Assembly: GCA_963827235.1 (NCBI GenBank)
Contig: CAWHAE010000016.1
Span: forward strand, 960,001-1,024,000
DNA from: an uncultured bacterium
GTDB lineage: Bacteria; Chloroflexota; UBA5177; JANWHV01
Length of the DNA stretch: 64,000 nucleotides
Direction of reading: 5' to 3'
Part shown: in pieces, positions 30,110-37,820 of the stretch
Layout: the number at the start of each line of letters is the position of its first letter
Position numbering within the stretch: the stretch's first letter is position 1
Program-made: the position numbers and the translations under genes
The notes under the pieces: model-generated
Seen by the model: only the letters and a program-made list of their open reading frames with translations
Database searches by the model: none
Told to the model about the DNA's origin: nothing

Positions 30110-31375
30110 TCACGCTACGGGTTGTATGGTGCGCTGCTTGCGATAGGCGTGGGGTGCGACGCCGTAGGCGCGTTTGAAGACCGAGTAGAAGTGGTTGACG
30201 CTGCCGAATCCGACATCATAAGCAATCCACTCTACCGTGCGATCGGTGGTGATCAGCAACTCCGTTGCCGCCTGCAGACGCATCTCACCGATGAACTCGG
30301 TGAACCGCCGGCCGAAGACCTGGGCGAACAGGTGTGAGAAGTAATGCGGGTCGAGTCCAATCATGCTCGCCACCTCATGGACCGGCAGCTCACGCCGGAA
30401 GTTGTCCTGAATGTACTGACCAACTGCCGCCCATCGCTGGGCGGTAACTGTGTGCCGCGACGATGACTCGCGGACGATCAATGTCGGTGTCACCAGTGTT
30501 CTGCGGGCTGGGGACGTATCGCGGCCCCGGATTCGAGCCACGAGCTGCTCAACCGCCAAGCGCCCAAGATCCCGGCGATCGGTGTGCACCGTCGTGAGCG
30601 GCACTCCAGTCAGGCTGTGGGCCGGAGCATCGTCATAGCCAACAATAGCGAGATCATCGGGAATGCTCAGTCCAAGCTCCTGGGCGCATTCGACGACTTC
30701 GCTGGCCAGCCAATCGGCACAGACGAACAGCGCTCTAGGCCTGTGCGGCTGGCTGAGAAACCGTAGGATCTCGGGAATCCTTTCAGATCTGTTGATCTCG
30801 GCGAGACCGTACGGAACTTCAAGCGTCCACTGCTCATGAGGTGAGAGGCCGGATTGTCCCAGGGCGTCCTCATAGCCGCGGCGGCGCTCTCCCACGCACT
30901 GCATGGTCGTACGCAAGGTGACATGGCCAATCTGGCGATGCCCCAAGCTTATGAGATGCTGAGTGGCGAGCTGCGCACCGGCAAAATCGTCCATCCCGAC
31001 GAAATCAAGACCTTCGATAGGCTTCGGATCGAGAATCTGAATACACGGCCGGGCGCGCACGATCTGGGCGTATAACTCGAGGTTCTCCGGTGAGTGGTCC
31101 CACAGGAACGCCACCCCAGCAACGTCCGCCTGCTGGATTGCCTGGAGCAGTGACGATTCCCTCTCTGGCAAGCGATGAAAGTCAAGGCTGACCAAGCGAA
31201 ACCCAAGAGCCGCCGCGGTGCCGTTGGCACTGACAGTGATCTCTCCGGCTTGCCAGTGGGCGAGATCTTGAGCAACCAGGACGATGGTGGTCTCACGCTT
31301 GCGTTGCAAGACAGTAATCAGCCCGGCCGAAACTCGGGCTGCATCGCGGAAGCCCGCATCGCTTGAGGTCATCAT
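30110..31375 (-). CDS. Regulator with LacI-type sensor domain and C-terminal AraC HTH (XylR-like architecture)
   Basis: ATQHLISLGHRQIG, IPDDLAIVGYDD, PLTTV; C-terminal IAYDVGFGSVNHFYSVFKRAYGVAPHAYR; RBS GGAGG. Confidence 0.9.
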   Translation of the reverse strand: MMTSSDAGFRDAARVSAGLITVLQRKRETTIVLVAQDLAHWQAGEITVSANGTAAALGFRLVSLDFHRLPERESSLLQAIQQADVAGVAFLWDHSPENLELYAQIVRARPCIQILDPKPIEGLDFVGMDDFAGAQLATQHLISLGHRQIGHVTLRTTMQCVGERRRGYEDALGQSGLSPHEQWTLEVPYGLAEINRSERIPEILRFLSQPHRPRALFVCADWLASEVVECAQELGLSIPDDLAIVGYDDAPAHSLTGVPLTTVHTDRRDLGRLAVEQLVARIRGRDTSPARRTLVTPTLIVRESSSRHTVTAQRWAAVGQYIQDNFRRELPVHEVASMIGLDPHYFSHLFAQVFGRRFTEFIGEMRLQAATELLITTDRTVEWIAYDVGFGSVNHFYSVFKRAYGVAPHAYRKQRTIQPVA

Positions 31376-31549
31376 CGTCCCAACCTCCGTCGACAGTTCC
31401 AGACCGCCTCATCGGCCTCGCCGAGTCCCTCTTCGGGCACGAATCAACTCGTCGACCTCCGTCGCCCATCAGGCTATCGGCAACCGGGAGCAAGTCACTC
31501 GTCATGGCCTTCGTGAATAGGCAAGATCCTCATGAAGATGTCAACAGAT

Positions 31550-31570
31550 ATGAAATATAGAATATGATAT
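31550..31570. promoter_or_regulatory. Triple heptad operator-like site
   Basis: ATGAAAT-ATAGAAT-ATGATAT next to a minus-strand TTGACA (31545-31540). Confidence 0.55.
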
Positions 31571-31724
31571 GCCCCGTAGGCTCCTATCGTAGAACACGTG
31601 GACTGGGATATCAAGCACTGCGATCATTTGGTGCTGGCGCCGGCGCGAGTTGGAGTCACCTGGTGTTCCGCGCGTCCGGCGACAGACGCGTGCAGCAGGC
31701 TTCCGGCAAACCCAGGCTTCGCGA

Positions 31725-32561
31725 CTAGATCGTGTGGGATCCACCAGCCCGCCCAGTCGCCGGTGGCACCGGCTCCAGCAAGCGATTCAGGCGCGCAACG
31801 GCTTCCAGCGCAAGAGCGGTCGGATCGCTCCAGGGCGTATCTGGGAACGTTTCGATCGAGACGCCGCCCACATACCCTGCCGCCGCGAGCGCATGAACGA
31901 AGGCAGAGATGTCGAGCACGCCGGTGCCCGGAAGGCACCGGCGGCCGGTCTCGGACGCCATATCGGCGACGTGGGCGATTCCCAGGCGCGACGACGGAAG
32001 GCGAGCCACATCCGAGAACGCCGTCGCTGCCGTGGCAAGATTGTAGCTATCGACGACAAGGCATGCGTCCTCGACCTGGGACACGATCGCCAAGGCATCA
32101 TCCAGACGACGGATGCCGCTGAGCACATCTGGTCGCGTCGAAGAGCGTCCGACCTGCTCGAGTGCCAATCGTACACCCGAGGGACGAGCAAGATCGGCCA
32201 GCTCCGCCAAGCGCTCAACCGCGTAGCGCGCGATTTCAGACGGCGGTGGAAGGTCTCGCGTCCGCAAGGGAGCGACACAAATAATCAGAGGGGCGGCGAC
32301 GGCCTCGGCGACCTCTAACAGCCTCGCCAGCATAGGAGCAGGGTCGGGATCGTCGGGTAATGCCCAATCCATGAGGGAATTGATGGCAAGCACGCGAACA
32401 CCGGTATCGCGGACGGCCGCAGCGATCTCTGCCACGGGCTCGGCGTGCCCCAGCGTGCGCAGCTCCACCAGATTCACGCCGGCCGACACCGCTGTGTACA
32501 GAAAGTCCGCGGTGGACACGCCGGGAAATGTGCCTTGATTCAGGGCAGCGGTCAATGCCAT
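31725..32561 (-). CDS. Sugar phosphate isomerase/epimerase (xylose isomerase-like TIM barrel)
   Basis: LALEQ, VDSYN, AHVAD, LPGTGVLD, GYVGGVSIE. Confidence 0.86.
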   Translation of the reverse strand: MALTAALNQGTFPGVSTADFLYTAVSAGVNLVELRTLGHAEPVAEIAAAVRDTGVRVLAINSLMDWALPDDPDPAPMLARLLEVAEAVAAPLIICVAPLRTRDLPPPSEIARYAVERLAELADLARPSGVRLALEQVGRSSTRPDVLSGIRRLDDALAIVSQVEDACLVVDSYNLATAATAFSDVARLPSSRLGIAHVADMASETGRRCLPGTGVLDISAFVHALAAAGYVGGVSIETFPDTPWSDPTALALEAVARLNRLLEPVPPATGRAGGSHTI

Positions 32562-32692
32562 GTGGCGAGCCCAGTCTCCGCAGTCGATTCAGATGGCGCT
32601 GCGCGCATCTTCAGGTCGAGCCGGCCGCGAGATACGCAATCCGGCCGCGCGCCGGCAGCCAACATCGGGCCAAAACGCGAACGAGAGAAACT

Positions 32693-32713
32693 ATAGAATA
32701 TGAAATATGATAT
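32693..32713. promoter_or_regulatory. Triple heptad operator-like site
   Basis: ATAGAAT-ATGAAAT-ATGATAT, the same heptads as 31550-31570 in a different order. Confidence 0.55.
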
Positions 32714-32851
32714 CCTACCCCCGCCAGACCACAATCGTAGTCTACAGCCGCCAGGATGTCAAGGACTTCGCCAAGGCAAGGCGGACGGAAGTACATGGGC
32801 GCGGAGAGGCAGCGTCTGGCGCAGGGACAGACGCGATGAGCCCCGCTGACT

Positions 32852-34096
32852 TCAGTTCGGTGCGCCTATCAGATCGACGTTGACAGCGTCGAGCATTGCT
32901 TCAATGTTCTGAGGCGGCACGTCGGCCAACACGTTATGCACCTGCTGGAAGACGAAGCCACCCCCAGGCCGCAAAATCTCGACTTGCTTTCGGACGTGCT
33001 CCCGGATCTGATCCGGCGTCCCGTGTGACAGCAGCCACTGGGTGTCGCAGCCGCCACCCCAGAAGGTGATGTCCTTGCCGAAGTCCCGCTTCAGCCCCGC
33101 CGAGTCCATGCCATTGCAGCTGATCTGCACGGGATTGACGGCATCGAGGCCGGCATCGATAAGATCCGGCAAGAGCGGGCGTATGCCGCCGCAACAATGC
33201 AACATCACCTTGACATCTGCAAGCTCCTTGGCGCGTTTCCACATGCGCGCATGGCGTGGCTTGAAGAACTCGCGGTACATCCGGGGCGATATCTGGGGGC
33301 CGCTTTGCATACCGAGGTCGTCGCCGAACAAGATGATGTCGATGTACGGTCCGACCAGCCCCAGGTATTTCTCCAGTCGTGTGAGATGCATGTTGGTCAA
33401 GCGCTCGAGCAAGTCGTGAGCGCGGTCCGGCTCCGCGGCCAGCAACGCCAGGAAGTTGTCGTTCCGGTACAGATACTGGCCCCACTCCATGAGATTGCCG
33501 CCGAACAGGCCCAGTATCGCCCTATCGCTGCCTTCGCGCAGCCGTCGTGCCCCCGCCACCAACAGCCGGTCGCCGTGCGGCCCGTCGACCAGTGGTCCCG
33601 GCGGCGAGGGCAACCCCCACATGCATTCCGCCATGGCTTCCTCGAGCGCATCGTGATTCGGCTCGCCCTCGGCGTATGGGAAATAGGCAGACTCAAAGTA
33701 CAATGCGCCGTCGGGCATCTGGGCGATGATCCGTCCCGTTCGAGAGCGCAGTACCCACCGATGTTCATCGCGCTCAGGCTTCAGCCATACCGGCACCTGG
33801 CATGGCGTACCGTCAGGGAGCGTCCAATCTGCCCAATCGGCATCGTCAAGCGCAAACGCGCGTCCCAGCTCGACAGTGTCGGCGCCGAAGCGATCGAGGA
33901 CGTCGTCGTGCACAACGGCGAGCTGCTGCTGCATGTCGTACACGCGCACCGGTCTTGGCTCAAGGCCCAGGCTCGCCCTGAGCCGCGGATAGGCGATGGC
34001 CGAGATGCCTGATGACCGGTGACCGCCAAAGTCAATCGGCACGCGATCGGTCTCAGTGTGATTGAGTGCTGCGAGGACGCGGTTTCGCGAGTTCAT
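32852..34096 (-). CDS. URO-D/MtaA-CmuA family protein 4 (paralog of 19987-21219)
   Basis: MNSRNRVLAALNHTETDRVP, GDDLGMQ, LHCCGG, FWGGGCDTQ, QQVHNV; RBS AGGAG. Confidence 0.92.
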   Translation of the reverse strand: MNSRNRVLAALNHTETDRVPIDFGGHRSSGISAIAYPRLRASLGLEPRPVRVYDMQQQLAVVHDDVLDRFGADTVELGRAFALDDADWADWTLPDGTPCQVPVWLKPERDEHRWVLRSRTGRIIAQMPDGALYFESAYFPYAEGEPNHDALEEAMAECMWGLPSPPGPLVDGPHGDRLLVAGARRLREGSDRAILGLFGGNLMEWGQYLYRNDNFLALLAAEPDRAHDLLERLTNMHLTRLEKYLGLVGPYIDIILFGDDLGMQSGPQISPRMYREFFKPRHARMWKRAKELADVKVMLHCCGGIRPLLPDLIDAGLDAVNPVQISCNGMDSAGLKRDFGKDITFWGGGCDTQWLLSHGTPDQIREHVRKQVEILRPGGGFVFQQVHNVLADVPPQNIEAMLDAVNVDLIGAPN

Positions 34097-34151
34097 GTTC
34101 TCTCCTTCATCGGCCGGCCTATCTTCTTCCCGGCACCAAAGTCGACCATAC

Positions 34152-35450
34152 CTAACTTTGGAAGCCCCGATACCTGAGGGCCTGGCCACCCGCAAAGGTC
34201 GACCGACCCCGCTCCTCCGCTTCGATGCGCAGCAGGCGATTCCACTTCGCGGTCCGCTCCGACCGCATGAGCGAGCCGACCTTGACCTGTCCGGCGCGCC
34301 ATCCGACTGCCAGGTCCGCGAGCCAGCAATCCTCCGTGTCGCCCGAGCGCGCCGAGACGACCACCGAGTAGCCGGCCTCTTGGGCACGACTGACGACGCT
34401 CCGTGCACGGGTGAGAGTTCCGGTCTGGTTTGGCTTGACCAGAACCGCATTGGCGATGCCCTCGCTCACTCCTCGGTTCAGCCGGCTCAGGTCAGTGACG
34501 AACAGGTCATCGCCCAGGAGCTGGAGGCGGCTGTTCCACCGGCGGCTGGCAGCGGCCCATCCCGTCCAGTCGTCTTCGCCGAGTGGGTCTTCCAGTGAGA
34601 CGACCGGATATCCATCGCACCATGCCGTCAGCTCATCGAGAAGCGCAGCCGTATCCACTGTCCGGCCCTCGGCCGTAAGCCGGTAGCAAGCGCCATCCAC
34701 CAGCTGCGTAGCTGCCACGTCGATGGCAATGGCGACCTCCGATCCAGGAATTAAGCCCGAGCGCTCTATGCCCGCCAGGACCAGATCGAGCGCGGCGCGA
34801 TTCGAAGGCAATACGGGGCCAAGGCCGCCCTCGTCGGCGACGAGCGCGGTGGTCAATCCCCGTCCAGCAGCCACTTCGGCGGTGGCCCGGCGCACTCGCC
34901 AGGCCCACTCGATGGCCTCGGCGAAGCTTGCCGCGCCGACGGGGATGACAAGGATGTCCTGCACGTCCACGGCGCCGCCCGCATGTGCACCCCCGGATAT
35001 GATGTTGATCATCGGCAAGGGCAGCAAAGGGCTTGCGCCACCGCCAAGCCAGCGGTAGAGCGGCGCGGCAACTGCCTGCGCTGACGCCAGCGCCGCCGTC
35101 ACCGATAACGCCAGTACGGCATTGGCTCCCAACCGCTCGAGATTCTGCGTCCCGTCCAGTCCACACAAGAGGGTGTCAAGTCCGGATTGGTCCGTCGCGT
35201 CGTAACCGACCACTGCCGGGCCCAGAACCTCGTTGATATTGCGGATGGCGTGCAGTACGCCGCGCCCTCCGTACCGCTCACTGCCGTCACGCAACTCATG
35301 CGCCTCATATGTCCCGGTAGAGGCTCCAGATGGGACTATTGCCACTCCATTTGCGCCGCCGGCCAGCGTGAGCGAGCAGCCCACGGTCGGCGTCCCGCGG
35401 GAGTCGAGTGCCTCCCAGGCGAACACACGCTCGATACCGGTTTTGGTCAT
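34152..35450 (-). CDS. eno: Enolase, divergent paralog
   Basis: LDSRGTPTV, VPSGASTG, DEGG, SLEDP, GDDL, VKPNQ, RSERTAKWNRLLRIE; has SARSGDTED in place of SHRSGETED. Confidence 0.88.
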   Translation of the reverse strand: MTKTGIERVFAWEALDSRGTPTVGCSLTLAGGANGVAIVPSGASTGTYEAHELRDGSERYGGRGVLHAIRNINEVLGPAVVGYDATDQSGLDTLLCGLDGTQNLERLGANAVLALSVTAALASAQAVAAPLYRWLGGGASPLLPLPMINIISGGAHAGGAVDVQDILVIPVGAASFAEAIEWAWRVRRATAEVAAGRGLTTALVADEGGLGPVLPSNRAALDLVLAGIERSGLIPGSEVAIAIDVAATQLVDGACYRLTAEGRTVDTAALLDELTAWCDGYPVVSLEDPLGEDDWTGWAAASRRWNSRLQLLGDDLFVTDLSRLNRGVSEGIANAVLVKPNQTGTLTRARSVVSRAQEAGYSVVVSARSGDTEDCWLADLAVGWRAGQVKVGSLMRSERTAKWNRLLRIEAEERGRSTFAGGQALRYRGFQS

Positions 35451-36490
35451 CGCACGACCTCCTCACCTAGCATGCGCCACGCTTCGGCCGGCGCCGAAGG
35501 AAGTGCGCTGAGCATTGATCGAGCCAGCGCGCGCGCATGGGCCTGCTCACCGGCCGTCAGATACTCAGCCGGAGACTTGCCGTCGACCCGTGCGAGCATT
35601 TGACAGGCAACGTGGCCGAACACGTAGGCAGCGCTGGGTGCAAGAGCAGTCGACACGGCCCTGCAATAGGCGCGCCAGAATGCCTCTGCGCAGAGCCGGT
35701 ACTCGCCGGCGCTATTGGGGCGATGGATGGCTTTCAGCATGAGGTGGTTGAGCATGAATGCCAGGTCGAAGGCCGGATCTCCCAGGTGCGCTACCTCGAA
35801 ATCCACAACCCACAGGCCCTCCTCGCCCAGGAGCACGTTCTTTGGCGAAAAGTCGCCGTGCACCAGGCAGCTCCGGGTCGACTGCAACCGCGCGACGTAG
35901 CTGTCAATCTCCGGCGCGAGATCCGGGTGGCGGATCATGACGGTCCGGTAATAGGGATCGACTCGCAGCTGGTCGAATACCTCACCATCATCGAACCTGT
36001 TCGCCCCCGAGGCACCTTCCCGCGAGGCCGAGTGCCAGGAAGCCAGTATAGTACCCAGGCGGGTTGCCACCTTCGGGTCGGCTGCACCGCTCAGCAGGCA
36101 TGTCTTCCAGTTCTGCCAGCTTGCCGGCGCGCACTCGATGGTGATGGTCCACATCGCCTCATCCACGTCGAGGACGGCTGGAACGGCAGACGGCGTCACG
36201 TCGTGCGCCCAAAGGAGGGCCGCGGCCTCCGTCAGCACTCGCTCGCGCTTAGCCAGCCATTCCTCTGCTACGCGGAGCCGCGGCAACGACTGCTTGACCA
36301 CACAAGCGCGATCGCCGGCTTGCACGGCAAGCACGACATTGGAGATACCCCCGCCCAGTGCTTCCACTTCTACTGGGCTGCCAGCCGTTACGAGACCACG
36401 CCGGCTGAGGTACGGACCGACAGTCTCGACGGTCAGGAGTGGCGTCACGGTCTCGGGTGCTTCCTTTGGCTCCTGATGCATACCCAACAT
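35447..36490 (-). CDS. APH/methylthioribose-kinase-like phosphotransferase
   Basis: GGGISN, VVKQ, HGDFSPKN, VDFE, GDPAFD; stop overlaps the enolase start; start uncertain (36448-36490). Confidence 0.87.
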   Translation of the reverse strand: MLGMHQEPKEAPETVTPLLTVETVGPYLSRRGLVTAGSPVEVEALGGGISNVVLAVQAGDRACVVKQSLPRLRVAEEWLAKRERVLTEAAALLWAHDVTPSAVPAVLDVDEAMWTITIECAPASWQNWKTCLLSGAADPKVATRLGTILASWHSASREGASGANRFDDGEVFDQLRVDPYYRTVMIRHPDLAPEIDSYVARLQSTRSCLVHGDFSPKNVLLGEEGLWVVDFEVAHLGDPAFDLAFMLNHLMLKAIHRPNSAGEYRLCAEAFWRAYCRAVSTALAPSAAYVFGHVACQMLARVDGKSPAEYLTAGEQAHARALARSMLSALPSAPAEAWRMLGEEVVR

Positions 36491-36575
36491 TGCTTTCTGA
36501 TAGACGCTGGTCGAGGGTGGGGGGGGGGGCAACGGCCATAGCAGGCCGGCGCAGCCGGAATACTTGTCGCTACGG

Positions 36576-37724
36576 TCACAGGGTAAGCGCATTGCGCGAA
36601 AGAATCTCGGCGCCGTCGGCGGTGATAAGAAGACTTACTTCTTGGCGCACACCACCGGCATCGGGAACATATGCGCCCGGCTCGAGTGCTATGACCATGC
36701 CCGCGCTGAGAACAGTCGGCGCATCCTTCCAGATATACGGCGCCTCATGCAAGCTCACGCCGAGGCCGTGCCCGGAATGATGCGGATACGCATAGCCATG
36801 GCGAGCCACAGCATCCCGTACGCGACGATCCAGGTCGCCCGCCACGATGCCAGGGCGCGCGGCCTCGATCCCCACGTCGAGCGCCTCGCGCGCGGCTCGA
36901 TGCATCTGTGACTGTTGGGGGCTAGGGTTACCGCCCACAACCGTCGTGCTACAGCTGTCCGACCAATAGCCTTGCCACTGCGGGAGCAAGTCGCTCAGGA
37001 CCAAATCTCCTTCGCGCAGCTCGTAGCCATGTGGATCTCCCTGCCATACCTCGGAGCTGCCACAGCCGGCACGCAATGCCACCCTTACCGGCACTCGCCG
37101 TGCCGCTACATGCTCCATACATGCTTTCGCCCCACTGAAGACCTCGATCTCTGTCCTACCCTCGACGGCGAGGTCTCGTACCGCCTGCTGCATCACGTCG
37201 CCCAGTCGCACCGCTTCCCGAATCAGGGCAACCTCTCGCGGGCTCTTGACCATTCGAACCCCGTCAAAGAGGCCATCGACGGACACCATGACCCAATTCG
37301 GGCTGCGATCGGCTACGACGTTCCGAATGGCCGCTGGCACCCAGTGCGCCTCCACGCCGATGCGCGCGTGTCGCGGGGCAATGGCGGTGACCACGGAGCT
37401 GATCGCACGGTGATAGGCAGCGGTGCTCTCGAGCGGATAGTGGTAGGTGTAGGCCTGATAACCTTCCACGATCACGCTCCAGCCCTCACGCTCCTGGTTT
37501 GTAGATGGGCAATCTGGCGCGATCAAGCACACGTGCTTCCGGGTCAGCAGGGCCAGTGCCGGGCCGGCGGCCCAGGGATTTGGGCCGCCTTCGAAGGCGG
37601 GAGCGTGTCCCGTCAGATACGCCACTGTACAAGGATCGGCGGCCAGGACGAGATCCAGCTTCTGCTGTTTGAGGACCTCGGCACAGCGCTCGAGGTTGAT
37701 GGTGTCGGGATCGATCATCAGCAT
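36576..37724 (-). CDS. M24 family (Xaa-Pro-type) metallopeptidase/amidohydrolase
   Basis: RMVKSPRE, SDL, WSD, HHSGHGLG, HEAP, LEPG, RQE. Confidence 0.92.
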   Translation of the reverse strand: MLMIDPDTINLERCAEVLKQQKLDLVLAADPCTVAYLTGHAPAFEGGPNPWAAGPALALLTRKHVCLIAPDCPSTNQEREGWSVIVEGYQAYTYHYPLESTAAYHRAISSVVTAIAPRHARIGVEAHWVPAAIRNVVADRSPNWVMVSVDGLFDGVRMVKSPREVALIREAVRLGDVMQQAVRDLAVEGRTEIEVFSGAKACMEHVAARRVPVRVALRAGCGSSEVWQGDPHGYELREGDLVLSDLLPQWQGYWSDSCSTTVVGGNPSPQQSQMHRAAREALDVGIEAARPGIVAGDLDRRVRDAVARHGYAYPHHSGHGLGVSLHEAPYIWKDAPTVLSAGMVIALEPGAYVPDAGGVRQEVSLLITADGAEILSRNALTL

Positions 37725-37820
37725 TTCTCCCCAGCGACGTCACTTCCGCTGAACTCTGGTCCCGTCAAATCCGCATCGACGTGACAGGACCAGATACCGC
37801 CCGCGCGAGCTCAGGTGCGT

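Noticed and set aside
36519-36529. G11 homopolymer as a phase-variation tract
   Set aside because: It appears to lie upstream of the likely kinase start, in an ORF extension encoding poly-Pro; there is no evidence of length variation from one sequence.
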